Shown here piece by piece: positions 53,407-63,665 of a DNA stretch of 64,000 nt. The stretch is from Candidatus Poribacteria bacterium (GTDB taxonomy: Bacteria; Poribacteria; WGA-4E; WGA-3G), in NCBI GenBank assembly GCA_022394775.1, contig JAGFCB010000020.1, positions 984 to 64,983 on the forward strand, in the 5' to 3' direction. The translations under genes were made by a program, and so were the position numbers. Under the pieces are notes generated by a model. It did not search any database. It saw nothing but the letters and a program-made list of their open reading frames with translations, and was not told the DNA's origin. Position 1 is the stretch's first letter. Each line of letters opens with the position of its first letter.

Positions 53407-54270
53407 ATGAAAATGATAAGAGGCACTCTGAAGTTGGCACTGATTCTGTATATCTGCGCAGCACTCAGTGGCGTTTATATCCTGTCTGCCTCGGCGCGAA
53501 TTACACCGCACGATGGCGATGATGACACGATGCTCATTACTATTGAAAAAGGGGATACCCTCTGGGACCTCTGCCAAGAGCACCTCAAAGACCCGCTCCA
53601 GTGGCGTGAATTGAGCAAGTATAACGACTTCACCAATCCGCACCTTATTTTCCCTGGTGAAAAATTGCGTATTCCGCTTGCTATGGCAAAAGATGTTGTT
53701 GAAATTGCTGAAGAAGACTTGCTGAAACAGCAGGAAGAACTTGAAAAGCTGAGGATGGAATTATCCGAATCTGAAGCAACGCGGGATAAACTTGAGGCGG
53801 ACATTAAAGCACTCAATGCGAGTACAAGCAAACTCAAGGCACAACTCGAAGAACTTGAAAGCAGCCTGAAATCACAAAAAGAATTGATGATGGCTGTTAC
53901 TAAGTCTGGAAACGAAATTGCCTCTGCTGTCAAAGAATCTCTTGAAGCCAGCAAAGCGGCTATCCTTAGCGATATTGCTCACCTTGATGAGCATCTCGCA
54001 GAGGCAGCTACCAGGCTTAAAGATCATCAGATGAAAGCAGACGCTACAAATGCACTCGTTGAATCTATCCAAGCGGACGCGAAGACACTTTTGACACAGG
54101 TTGAGACCAACCAAAAGGCGATCAAAGAAGTCAAGATGATCCTTAAGGATGCCAAGGGTGTACACGAGGAAGTTTCCTCGTCTAAACGTGCTTTGGTGTT
54201 CCTGACAACAGTCGCAGCAGGTATCGGGTGGTTCGCTATAAGTGCCATCGGTGGACGCAGCGGCGAATAA
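53407..54270 (+). CDS. LysM domain plus long coiled-coil protein with N- and C-terminal hydrophobic anchors
   Basis: LysM: ITIEKGDTLWDLCQEHLKDPLQWRELSKYNDFTNPHLIFPGEKLRIP. About 170 aa of heptad-rich sequence. C-terminal ALVFLTTVAAGIGWFAISAIGG. Confidence 0.8.
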   Translation: MKMIRGTLKLALILYICAALSGVYILSASARITPHDGDDDTMLITIEKGDTLWDLCQEHLKDPLQWRELSKYNDFTNPHLIFPGEKLRIPLAMAKDVVEIAEEDLLKQQEELEKLRMELSESEATRDKLEADIKALNASTSKLKAQLEELESSLKSQKELMMAVTKSGNEIASAVKESLEASKAAILSDIAHLDEHLAEAATRLKDHQMKADATNALVESIQADAKTLLTQVETNQKAIKEVKMILKDAKGVHEEVSSSKRALVFLTTVAAGIGWFAISAIGGRSGE

Positions 54271-54290
54271 TCAGGACGCATTACATTTTA

Positions 54291-54327
54291 GGCAGGGAAG
54301 GTGTTTCAACCACCTCCCTGCTTTTTT
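54291..54327 (+). terminator. rho-independent terminator closing the giant-protein operon
   Basis: gcagggaaggtg-tttcaac-cacctccctgc followed by ttttttt. Confidence 0.8.
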
Positions 54328-54405
54328 TATACGAGGCAAGTAGAACTAAGATGTTGGTAGCGGCTTGGTGCCATACCAACACTATCAGTAAAAGGGCCCG
54401 GGTAC

Positions 54406-55035
54406 ATGCTATCAGATACTACCGAATACCCTCAACCTCCCTTCACTCAAGCGATTCAGCTGTATGGTGATAGATCAGGCAGTAAAGGGACTTTTAAGTT
54501 CGCTGGCTTCGCATGGATACAAAACACGAAAGTCATACTCGTACACGGAGACGATCAAAGTCTAAACACTGCTTCTGACTGGCGATGTTTACTACGCCTG
54601 ATCGCACTCGCACATCGTCTCAAAAAACCTATTGTTTTATGGAATCTGCCCCTTGCGTATATTGCCAATATACAGCGTAAAACGACTTTAGATTGTGCGC
54701 ATGCAATTCAGAAAACCGAGTTGGAACTGCTAAGGCTATCCTGTCCGATCATTGCCGTTTTTGATGGTGCTAATAATATGGATCACGCTGCTCAAGAGTT
54801 GATATGGAATGACGGGATGGTCCTTGTGGCATCGTCGGACGCACAACTTTCTGAACAGGAGAGGGTCAAAATAGCAGCGCATTCAACAGACATCTCGCCC
54901 GCAATCTTAGAACTCCTAAGTCAAACAGAGGCAATTCCGGCTACAGAATTGGTCAAGAACCGGCGAGCATCGCTACACTTCCTCGTGGAATCAAATCCGT
55001 TATACAATGCGGAGGCATCACAATGTTTGAAGTGA
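54406..55035 (+). CDS. hypothetical protein (weak carboxyltransferase/crotonase-fold-like pattern)
   Basis: 209 aa. The segment RLIALAHRLKKPIVLWNLPLAY...LSCPIIAVFDG resembles ACCase carboxyltransferase subunits only loosely. Overlaps the next gene by 13 nt. Confidence 0.5.
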   Translation: MLSDTTEYPQPPFTQAIQLYGDRSGSKGTFKFAGFAWIQNTKVILVHGDDQSLNTASDWRCLLRLIALAHRLKKPIVLWNLPLAYIANIQRKTTLDCAHAIQKTELELLRLSCPIIAVFDGANNMDHAAQELIWNDGMVLVASSDAQLSEQERVKIAAHSTDISPAILELLSQTEAIPATELVKNRRASLHFLVESNPLYNAEASQCLK

Positions 55036-55646
55036 AATTAAAGCCCTGTCTTGAGACGATCCTGTCTACGATTGCCAACAAAATGGTCGCAATCGGTATT
55101 ACAGCGAACATGGTGACGATCTTTGGGTTCCTTGTCAACCTTATCGCAACCTTTTATTTCGCAACAGGCCACCTTATTACGGGTGGTATTCTTATTTTAT
55201 TTGGCGGGAGTTTTGATATGATAGATGGAGCCGTAGCACGTGCGCAAAGAAACTTACGCGCCTCTGGGGCACTTTTGGATTCTGTGATTGATCGCTACTC
55301 CGAAGGCTTTCTCTTCCTCGGTGCACTCATCTATTTTTACGGTTTAGAAAGTTTATTGGGGATCATTTTAGCGTTTGGCGCATGGTTTGGTTCGATACTC
55401 GTCAGCTATGTGAGAGCAAGAGCGGAGGGACTCCAAATTACTTGTAAGGTTGGACTCATGCAGCGACCCGAACGCATCATCTTACTGGGTACCGGTACAC
55501 TGCTCCAAGGCATATTCTGGTACAAATTTCCGATTGTCCAGAGCACCGGAATAATTCTGCTCTGCACGCTTGGTATCCTTACACTCACCTCACACATTAC
55601 TGCTGTCCACCGCCTAATTTTTTCTTATCACGAGCTGGAGCGCTAA
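55023..55646 (+). CDS. CDP-alcohol phosphatidyltransferase family protein
   Basis: Signature DMIDGAVARAQRNLRASGALLDSVIDRYSE (DGx2ARx8Gx3Dx3D). Multi-TM. Confidence 0.85.
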   Translation: MFEVKLKPCLETILSTIANKMVAIGITANMVTIFGFLVNLIATFYFATGHLITGGILILFGGSFDMIDGAVARAQRNLRASGALLDSVIDRYSEGFLFLGALIYFYGLESLLGIILAFGAWFGSILVSYVRARAEGLQITCKVGLMQRPERIILLGTGTLLQGIFWYKFPIVQSTGIILLCTLGILTLTSHITAVHRLIFSYHELER

Positions 55647-56437
55647 CCGAGTCCGAGAAGCGATATAATATCTAAGTTAAAGGGTTTTAACACAAGGTTT
55701 GTCGCAAAGGCAAGCACAGTTACAACGAGAACCACTTTAATCCATTTGTCGCCTTTTTCGACAGCCCAGTGACTACCAATCCATGCCCCCGTCGCATTTC
55801 CTATCGCTAACGTCACACCTAAGCTCCAATCGACCTGCTTGTTCAAGATAAAAATACCAAGCGCAAGTAGGGTATAACAGAAAATAACTAAGACTTTAAT
55901 CGCATTCGTGCGAACGAGATCTATACCTGTCAAAAGGCGCAGAGCCGTTATGACAAGCAGTCCCACACCCGCTTGGATGAAACCGCCGTAAATCCCGATG
56001 AAGAAGAATACAACCATAGCGATGATTTTAGAACCTGTCCCGCTACCTTCTATTCTATCCTTTAACCGCGCTGTCGGGTTCAGCAATGTTAAGCCGAGCA
56101 TAATCAACATCACGGCTGCGAGAATGAATTGAAACAAGGCTGCATCCGTACCAATCGCAATTTTCGCACCGATCCCCGCACCGATAACAGCAGGAACAGC
56201 GAGTAAGAAGCCATACCGGAAATCAGAAACGCCCTTACGCCGGAAGCCCATAATAGCACTGACGTTTTGAAAGAAAATAGCAACCCGATTTGTGCCGTTT
56301 GCTAATAGCGGGTCGGAGGTAAGGAAGATAAGCATCGGAAGTGCCAACAACGATCCACCAGCAGCAACCGTATTTATGAAGCCTGCGCAAATTCCGGTAC
56401 CAAAGAGGAGGAAGGTGTGCAAAAGATTGAAGTCCAT
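55643..56437 (-). CDS. TauE/SafE (TSUP) family anion exporter
   Basis: 264 aa, about 8 TM segments. GICAGFINTVAAGGSLLALPMLIF. Confidence 0.8.
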   Translation of the reverse strand: MDFNLLHTFLLFGTGICAGFINTVAAGGSLLALPMLIFLTSDPLLANGTNRVAIFFQNVSAIMGFRRKGVSDFRYGFLLAVPAVIGAGIGAKIAIGTDAALFQFILAAVMLIMLGLTLLNPTARLKDRIEGSGTGSKIIAMVVFFFIGIYGGFIQAGVGLLVITALRLLTGIDLVRTNAIKVLVIFCYTLLALGIFILNKQVDWSLGVTLAIGNATGAWIGSHWAVEKGDKWIKVVLVVTVLAFATNLVLKPFNLDIISLLGLG

Positions 56438-56449
56438 TTTAGGTTTCTA

Positions 56450-56728
56450 TTATCTCCTTTTTTCCGATGAATCGGAGAGTCTTTGACGATATTTCGCAAC
56501 CCCAATTAAGATGAGGGCAGTAAGATTGCCTATAACAATAGCACTTCCGATGCCGGTAATTGCTATAAAACTACCGACCTGAAGAATGCCGTCTCCAAAC
56601 GGACAGTGCCAATGTAGAATGAAGATAGCCACGCTCGGTACCAATAGACCGAGGATAAAACCGATTCCTGCAGCTGTGCCAGCGACATTCTGAAATTTCT
56701 TCAAGGCTGGTAGTTGAACTTCAAACAT
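56450..56728 (-). CDS. small integral membrane protein, unknown function
   Basis: 92 aa, 2-3 TM segments, directly upstream of the TauE-like gene on the same strand. Confidence 0.5.
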   Translation of the reverse strand: MFEVQLPALKKFQNVAGTAAGIGFILGLLVPSVAIFILHWHCPFGDGILQVGSFIAITGIGSAIVIGNLTALILIGVAKYRQRLSDSSEKRR

Positions 56729-56753
56729 CTGTGCTTTCTGTTGCCTGTTTTTG

Positions 56754-57773
56754 CTAAGCGATCCCTAAGTATTTATCCCGACCTTGCACGAGCGCCTCTA
56801 TTTTGCGATCTACCACGGAGCGTTGGAGCATCCAAAACCCGCAATCTGGATGGACCCAGCCAATCCGTCCTCCACCTAACATTTTTTCAGCATTTTCTAT
56901 ACTGGAGGCTACGTCGTCAGCTGTCTCTATCGGGTTGACCTTGACATCAATCACACCGATACCAAGAACAATATCTGACGTAACTGCCTTAAGTGCCTCA
57001 AGATCACCTTCAGGACGGTGTTTCAGTTCTAAAACGAGATGATCACATCGGAGTGTATTCAAGAAGTCGATGAGTGCCTTCCAGTTCCCTTGCTGAATAA
57101 CTTGCCCGCCATAGTTACCAAAGCAGAAATGGACAGCCGTCTCTCCCTCAAACGCGTCAAGAACAATATTAATCGCCTCGGCAGCGCGGGGTCCGTCTTG
57201 TGGGTTCCCCGGTATATTCGCCTCGTCAATTTGGAGACAGTCACAATCCAGTTCGCGCACCTGTGTCGCTAAAACTTCTGCCAAAGCGGTAAGCAGTGCA
57301 TCGAAATCGCCGTAGTATTTATCTAATAACGTCCGAGCAAGCATGTACGGACTTGTCACCGTAAATTTGATGTGTTTACCGGCAACATCTACAGCACGCT
57401 CACAATCGGAAACGAGGTTTAATGTGCCTTCCCCTAATGCGCTTTCAACAATACCGGCAGGTTTTGCACGAAACGACATCGTTTGCATCTGCCTAAATTC
57501 GTACCATTCCTGTCTTCCCACCTCTGCCCTTACACCAGAAAGCGGTCGAATAAAATAATCAATCATCCCATTAGTATCTGGGTGGTTCGGATCGAAGCGG
57601 TAGAGTTCACCATCGGTTGGTAGGTCAATACCACGTTGCCGCTGGATGTCCACAACAACTCGCGTCGCATCAAGAAGCGTCTGTTCTGTTGGTAACGACA
57701 GCAGCCATGTTGGTACAGGATAAGAACCGACAGTCGTCGTTAAAATTTCTGGTTTTTTCCTTGAAGTTTTCAC
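56754..57773 (-). CDS. cobalamin-independent methionine synthase family protein (MetE C-terminal-domain-like)
   Basis: TTVGSYPVPTWL and the Zn-site-like region HFCFGNYGG...HPDCGFW. The GTG at 57773 avoids a 47-nt overlap with the upstream gene (ORF-track start 57824). Confidence 0.8.
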   Translation of the reverse strand: MKTSRKKPEILTTTVGSYPVPTWLLSLPTEQTLLDATRVVVDIQRQRGIDLPTDGELYRFDPNHPDTNGMIDYFIRPLSGVRAEVGRQEWYEFRQMQTMSFRAKPAGIVESALGEGTLNLVSDCERAVDVAGKHIKFTVTSPYMLARTLLDKYYGDFDALLTALAEVLATQVRELDCDCLQIDEANIPGNPQDGPRAAEAINIVLDAFEGETAVHFCFGNYGGQVIQQGNWKALIDFLNTLRCDHLVLELKHRPEGDLEALKAVTSDIVLGIGVIDVKVNPIETADDVASSIENAEKMLGGGRIGWVHPDCGFWMLQRSVVDRKIEALVQGRDKYLGIA

Positions 57774-57777
57774 GGAT

Positions 57778-58788
57778 TTAATTTTCCACCAATTTATAGG
57801 AATCAAGTTCAAAAACAGTATCAACTGTCAGCTCGCCGCGAGTCTGAGACTGCGTAAATTTAATGATACCAACATCGGGGGCAATCCATTTTTTTACGAC
57901 GGTGATATCAAGTGGGAAGTCCTGATTTCCAATATCAAAAGCCCACACAAATGATTCCTGAACCTGAAAGACATTTTTGAAAGTTCCGGCGGGTACAGTC
58001 ACTGTTTCTTCTGATAGCACCTCGAATTCGTCAAGACCGCCACCAATCGGAAAGAGTTCAGGGACTAATTTTGCTTGGAAATTCACATCCCATTTCTCAC
58101 CCGGAATGAGCGGAAATTGGTATAGTGGAAGAAATGGCTCAAATAAAATTGTATCACCTGTGCCGGATGTGGTGTTCTGTGCGTGCTGCACAACACCTGA
58201 TACCTCACCACTTTCATCAAGAAGCGGACCGAGGTAAGAATAGTTGACAATGTTCTCTAATCCTTCGTCCATACTTGATTTTTGAAGCACGAAACTCTCA
58301 ATGGTCTTTCCGCCTGCGCGTTGAATCTGAATGGTGTCTATGATTTCAAAAGTGATTTCACTGCCGCTATCGTCGCGATAATGCCAGGTGTTCCCTACCG
58401 CCAACGGATAGTAATTGCCGGGTCGGGTTTGCCACACTTGTATATCAAGTGTGCTTGTCGTAGCGTTCTCGCCGTCGCTGACTATAACTTCAATCTGGTA
58501 CTTTTGCTCAGTTTCAGGCGCGTGCCAGATCGCGCCAGAGGTGTTCTCTATCAACTTACCTTCTGTCGCTGACCAGGTATATGATAATATATCGTTTTCG
58601 AGGTCGGCTGCCTCCAAATGGATCTGTACCACGGCACCGGGTGCAACTATATCTGATGCTGCTTCAAAGGTTAAAATGCGAGGTGCGAGGTTTGTCCGAC
58701 TCGGATCCTCTGCCCCGCACCCCATTGCAATAGCAATAAATAAGATGCAGAAGATCTTCCAAGCATTGACGATTTTTTTCACTTCCAT
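57778..58788 (-). CDS. lipoprotein with N-terminal Ig/PKD-like domain, unknown function
   Basis: The ATG at 58788 follows GGGAGGA. Lipobox IAIAMGC. ILSYTWSATEGKL...YQIEVIVSDGENATT. Confidence 0.65.
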   Translation of the reverse strand: MEVKKIVNAWKIFCILFIAIAMGCGAEDPSRTNLAPRILTFEAASDIVAPGAVVQIHLEAADLENDILSYTWSATEGKLIENTSGAIWHAPETEQKYQIEVIVSDGENATTSTLDIQVWQTRPGNYYPLAVGNTWHYRDDSGSEITFEIIDTIQIQRAGGKTIESFVLQKSSMDEGLENIVNYSYLGPLLDESGEVSGVVQHAQNTTSGTGDTILFEPFLPLYQFPLIPGEKWDVNFQAKLVPELFPIGGGLDEFEVLSEETVTVPAGTFKNVFQVQESFVWAFDIGNQDFPLDITVVKKWIAPDVGIIKFTQSQTRGELTVDTVFELDSYKLVEN

Positions 58789-58886
58789 GATATTTCCTCC
58801 CATATACGACCTTTTCACACAATACCGTAAATTTTAGTGGCAGGTTCGCTGGGAAGTATCTTCAGCCGGAACGATACGCGCACTTT

Positions 58887-59627
58887 CTATGCATCAAGAG
58901 GTTTCCCGCGTAAGACTTCACGAGACTGGGTTTCGCCGTTTCCCGTTACATTGTAAGCGAAGGTGTTCATCAACCGGTCGTTTGATGAATTATTCGGTGC
59001 GGAGCCGTGAATAATCAGAGCGTTAAAAAAGACTCCATCTCCAGGTTCCATTTCAAGAGCGACTGCATCTTCCCGTTCTTGATAGTGTCCAGGTAGAAAA
59101 ACGCCAAACGTCTGATGCTTGCGTTCGTGTTCCTGCAAGCCCCAATTATGGCTTCCCGGGACAAACTGAATGCACCCGTTCTCAAGGTTCGCTTCGCTGA
59201 TCGCTAACTGGCAGTTAATCATGACAGGTTTGTTATTATCATTTTTCCAGTAAGCATAATCTTGGTGCCACGGGATAGCCGTTCCATCACCGCCTGCTTT
59301 CGGAAGCAATTTGCTGTGATAGAGCGAGATGTTTTCACCCATTAACCTTTCTAATATATCCAACATATCATCACAACGGAGCAGGTGATTGAGCGTTGGA
59401 CTCACCAACTCGCTGTGCATTAACTGCTTGATACGCGGCGGATGATCGTCCGAATCATAGACTTCCCACGAAATTCCGATACCATCAGTGGGTTGTTCTG
59501 CCATACGGTTGTGTATATCTTCGATTTCCTCCTGAATTCGCGCGATGTCTTCAGCTGAGACAAGTCTTTTTTTCAAGAGGTAACCGTTTTTTTCATAAAA
59601 CTTTTGTTCTTCGTTCGTAAGTCCCAT
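58887..59627 (-). CDS. phytanoyl-CoA dioxygenase (PhyH) family protein
   Basis: The ATG at 59627 follows AAGGAGAG. EEQKFYEKNGYLLKK, PWHQDYAYW, IIHGSAPN. Confidence 0.85.
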   Translation of the reverse strand: MGLTNEEQKFYEKNGYLLKKRLVSAEDIARIQEEIEDIHNRMAEQPTDGIGISWEVYDSDDHPPRIKQLMHSELVSPTLNHLLRCDDMLDILERLMGENISLYHSKLLPKAGGDGTAIPWHQDYAYWKNDNNKPVMINCQLAISEANLENGCIQFVPGSHNWGLQEHERKHQTFGVFLPGHYQEREDAVALEMEPGDGVFFNALIIHGSAPNNSSNDRLMNTFAYNVTGNGETQSREVLRGKPLDA

Positions 59628-59925
59628 ATGATCTCTCCTTAACCCATCCAGCGCAATCGCTAAATGGTGTGGCTCTTTCCTCCTAAACGAAATTGCATTT
59701 AAAAGTATATACCACGTTTCGAGAAAAATCAAGGGATTTCCGTTTTAATTGCCTATTTGAACGGGCATTGAGAGAAAAAAGTTTACTTTCATTGCAGGTG
59801 CTGCTACAATATGCATCGCTTAGGATTCATGCAATTGCGTACCACAGGTGCTGTCGCCCCTAAATGCTTAAATAGTCGCGTACAACTTGTGCACATGCCA
59901 CTAAAATGGAGATGGACTGATAGAT

Positions 59926-60264
59926 ATGGATTACACACTCGAAAATTGCCAGAAGCTTGTGGATGACTGGATCCACACGCTTGGAATACGATATTTCTCA
60001 GAATTAACCAATACTACCATCCTCATGGAGGAAGTTGGAGAGTTAGCACGGATTATGGCGCGTCAATACGGTGAACAGAGTTTCAAGGAAAATGAGAAAG
60101 ACCTTGATATTGGTGAGGAGATGGCGGATATCTTGTTTGTACTTATTTGTCTTGCGAACCAGACTGGCGTTGAACTTGAAGAGGCATTCAAAAAAAATCT
60201 GGAGAAAAAAACACGCCGAGATAAAGAGCGGCACAGAAAGAACCCGAAACTTCAGAAAAACTGA
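59926..60264 (+). CDS. MazG-like nucleotide pyrophosphohydrolase
   Basis: 112 aa. EEVGELARIMAR...IGEEMADILFVLICLAN (EExxE/ExxD-type MazG motifs). Confidence 0.8.
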   Translation: MDYTLENCQKLVDDWIHTLGIRYFSELTNTTILMEEVGELARIMARQYGEQSFKENEKDLDIGEEMADILFVLICLANQTGVELEEAFKKNLEKKTRRDKERHRKNPKLQKN

Positions 60265-60298
60265 GCACCGAGTAACCGACTGTTGAAGGAGATAGGCG

Positions 60299-63019
60299 AT
60301 GGTACTTCATAAAAAATATATATTTTCGCTGTTAAGCCTACTTTTCGTCATCACTGGATGCACAATTTTCTCGAAAAACCCATCTACCTCTGCAGTAGTC
60401 GATCCATTGATTGAGCGGAATCGTCAGTGGCGCGAGCAAGTTGAAACGGGCAATAGTAGGCTTCAACAGGGAGACTTACGCGCTGCACTCACCGCTTACG
60501 AAGCCGCTATTGCAATCCGACCGGATGCCAGCGAGGTAAGGCGCAAAATAGCCGAAATATACTTCCAACTTGAGGAATACGAAAACGCACGAAACGCGTT
60601 TATTGCTTTTTTGGCTCTTGAACCCAACAATATCGCAGCCCTTAACTATGTCGGATACATCTCCGAAAAATTAAGCGACTATGCTACCGCTGCCGACCAC
60701 TATGAACGCGTTCTCACCATTTCAACGCGTAACCTCTACGCCTTGAACCATCTCGGTTTAGCCTATAAACAACTCCAACGTTTTGATGAAGGGGTTGAAG
60801 TGCTTCACAAGGCATTGGCACTTGACCCGAAATGTGAACGTCCCGAAAGCGAAAATTTACACAACTATTTAGGGCTAATCTATCTTGAACAAGGTAAACT
60901 TGGCGAGGCGATCGCAGAATTACGGGAATCAATTCGATTTTTTCCAACGGATACATGGGCAAGAGAACAACTCGCTGCACTCTATGAAGATCAGCAACGC
61001 TACTTTGAGGCGCAGCTGCAATACCAGCAAATTTTGGAAATTGACCCGGACAATCTCCTCGCTTTGACACGGCTCCAAGTGCTCACGCAGTTAAATATCG
61101 CTCCAGGACAGATCATTGATGTGCCGCCTGTCATGCTCTTGAATCCGGATGTTGAGCAGATTATAGCGAACGCTCCAGATGCCACGGACTATCCCGATGC
61201 TGATACACTCGTTCTATTCAACCATTTCAGCCATGATGTATTACCAACAGGACAGTCGCGCTACACGACGCACCAAGTCGTTAAAATCCTCACCGAAAGA
61301 GGTATCCAAAAATACGGAGATATTGCTATTCCTTACCAACCTACGGCGCAAAATATCGCGGTGAACATTGCTCGAACAATCACACCCGATGGAGAAGTCC
61401 TGCAACCACCAGATGAGGCGTTTAACGACGTAACACCACCCGGATTATTGTCCCAAAACCTTTATTCTGATGCTATGTGGAAGGTAATTTCTATGGTGGG
61501 TCTCGTGCCTGGGGTCTGCATCGAGTATCAGGTAACGCTTGAAGATAAAGTCCCTGGAGGTGAGACATGGATTACAGGCGGATACAACTTTCAGGGAACA
61601 GAGACGACATTGGAAACTGTCTATGCGCTTCAGATGCCGAAAACTTGGAATTTTGAATGGAAAATTGCTAACGAGGCAAATCCGAAAGAGCCTGAGGTAT
61701 CCTACACAGAAAATGACACCGTCGTCCATATCTGGAAATACAATGAGATGCCTGCCCTGACGCTCGAAGAAGGCATGCCGCACGTTAACGACATCGTGCC
61801 GCGTTTACACTATACTTCAATTGAAAGTTGGGACAGCGTCTACACGTGGTACAAAGAACTCGCAAAAGGGAGGTATACCCCGGATGCTGATATTACGGAA
61901 AAGGTCCACCAGCTAACCGAAAATCTGGCGACGGAAGAAGCAAAGATCCGTGCCATTTACCAATTTGTCGCCACAAATATCCGATACGTCGGGATTGAGC
62001 TCGGACAGAGTGCTTACCAACCTACATCTGCCACCGAAGTTTTTCAAATGCAATATGGGGATTGCAAAGATAAAACCACGCTCCTGATTTCAATGTTGGA
62101 TTTAGCAGGTATCAAGGCTTACCCTGTCCTGATTGGTCTCGCACCGCATGAACGCGTAGAGACAGCACTACCGTCGCTTAGCCAGTTTAACCACATGATT
62201 GCTGCTGTTCCTACCGGTCTTGACACTTATATTTGGTTGGACCCTACGTCCACAACTTGTAGTTATGCCGACCTTCCATATAACGCACAAGGACGTACTG
62301 GATTTCTTATCTCCGATACACGCGGCAAATTTGTGAGGACACCTATTTTCCCCCCGGAATCTAACCGACTTGTCAGCACAACAGAATTAACGCTTGACAA
62401 CGAAGGCGGTGTACAAGGTACGCTATCTATCCAAGCAAAGGGGCAGTATGATTTAGATACACGGTGGGCATATCAACAGATACATCCCACTATTCGGAAA
62501 CCTACCTTAGCCGCTGAACTGAGTCAGCAATTTCCGGGAATTCAGATAGTGTGGCACGAAATATCTGATCTCCGTAATCTAAACGTGCCTGTCACAATCA
62601 ACCTCGGTTTCCGTGTGGAGAATTATGGGACGTGGGTAGGAAATGATATGCTACTGCCCTTACCGATTGACGAATTCGCTGACTATGCTAAAACCTTTGC
62701 CAACGGACAACGCACCTATTCGTTAGATTTCGGCTATCCAATGGAGATTGAAAAGATAATCCGCATCCAGATGCCAAAGGAGTGGGCAGTTACACTACCA
62801 GAGGACATTCATTACGCTATAGAGAGTGCAGAACTGAGTCGGCAGTATAGACAGGTTGAGAATACTATTACTTACCGACTCATGTTCACCGTTAAGGATC
62901 GGATCCTTCCAGCAGAGGCGTATTCAGCAGCGAGATCGCTTTTTACGTCGCTTGCGAGCGAGGATGGAAGTCATATACTATTAAACACCAATAACGGTGC
63001 TCGCATGTCGCTAAAATGA
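60299..63019 (+). CDS. lipoprotein with N-terminal TPR repeats and a transglutaminase-like cysteine protease core (DUF3857/DUF3858-type architecture)
   Basis: Lipobox FVITGC. Several TPR units. Transglutaminase-core motif QYGDCKDKTTLLISMLDLAGIKAYPVLI. Confidence 0.8.
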   Translation: MVLHKKYIFSLLSLLFVITGCTIFSKNPSTSAVVDPLIERNRQWREQVETGNSRLQQGDLRAALTAYEAAIAIRPDASEVRRKIAEIYFQLEEYENARNAFIAFLALEPNNIAALNYVGYISEKLSDYATAADHYERVLTISTRNLYALNHLGLAYKQLQRFDEGVEVLHKALALDPKCERPESENLHNYLGLIYLEQGKLGEAIAELRESIRFFPTDTWAREQLAALYEDQQRYFEAQLQYQQILEIDPDNLLALTRLQVLTQLNIAPGQIIDVPPVMLLNPDVEQIIANAPDATDYPDADTLVLFNHFSHDVLPTGQSRYTTHQVVKILTERGIQKYGDIAIPYQPTAQNIAVNIARTITPDGEVLQPPDEAFNDVTPPGLLSQNLYSDAMWKVISMVGLVPGVCIEYQVTLEDKVPGGETWITGGYNFQGTETTLETVYALQMPKTWNFEWKIANEANPKEPEVSYTENDTVVHIWKYNEMPALTLEEGMPHVNDIVPRLHYTSIESWDSVYTWYKELAKGRYTPDADITEKVHQLTENLATEEAKIRAIYQFVATNIRYVGIELGQSAYQPTSATEVFQMQYGDCKDKTTLLISMLDLAGIKAYPVLIGLAPHERVETALPSLSQFNHMIAAVPTGLDTYIWLDPTSTTCSYADLPYNAQGRTGFLISDTRGKFVRTPIFPPESNRLVSTTELTLDNEGGVQGTLSIQAKGQYDLDTRWAYQQIHPTIRKPTLAAELSQQFPGIQIVWHEISDLRNLNVPVTINLGFRVENYGTWVGNDMLLPLPIDEFADYAKTFANGQRTYSLDFGYPMEIEKIIRIQMPKEWAVTLPEDIHYAIESAELSRQYRQVENTITYRLMFTVKDRILPAEAYSAARSLFTSLASEDGSHILLNTNNGARMSLK

Positions 63020-63062
63020 TAATGGCTTGGTTTCAACGGTCTGGTACTATAGGGAGCCGCGG

Positions 63063-63665
63063 TTAACCCTTGACATATTTCCAGCCATCAACCAAAACCG
63101 GAAGCCCGCGGATTAAGCACATAGCGACAGTCACGGCAGAGAGTATTACACCCGCTAATTCCAGACCAACAACTAAGTCCGGATAGACACCGGAATTTTT
63201 GAAGGCGATGAGACCACCAAGATAGACAAAAGCCACTGTTTTCGCAATGCCGTAGATACTACGACTCGCTCGCGAACTCGTAAGCGCACGCGTCCATTTT
63301 GAAGACATCATAGTATTTTCGCCAAAGGCAGTTTTGCCTTCCGCAAAGGCAGCGCTCCGCAGACCATCTGTAAAAAAACCGCGCGCAATGACAATGACTG
63401 GAATCCAGAACGGGATGAGTCCGATGACGGCGAAGTAAACCCAAAAGATACATTCCACAATCCGGTCACCGACGATGTCAAACAGCGCACCGAAATCAGA
63501 AGTCTGATTCAATTTTCGAGCAACGTAACCGTCCACTGCGTCAAGAAACAGTATCAAACCGATCAAACCGACAAGTAAAATATCCAGATAGACGTGATGT
63601 CCAAAGAGGGAGATCACAACAAAGACGAGGATCAGGCGGAAGAGCGTAATTAAATTCGCAATCAT
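63063..63665 (-). CDS. CDP-alcohol phosphatidyltransferase family protein
   Basis: Signature DAVDGYVARKLNQTSDFGALFDIVGDRIVE. 200 aa, multi-TM. Confidence 0.85.
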   Translation of the reverse strand: MIANLITLFRLILVFVVISLFGHHVYLDILLVGLIGLILFLDAVDGYVARKLNQTSDFGALFDIVGDRIVECIFWVYFAVIGLIPFWIPVIVIARGFFTDGLRSAAFAEGKTAFGENTMMSSKWTRALTSSRASRSIYGIAKTVAFVYLGGLIAFKNSGVYPDLVVGLELAGVILSAVTVAMCLIRGLPVLVDGWKYVKG

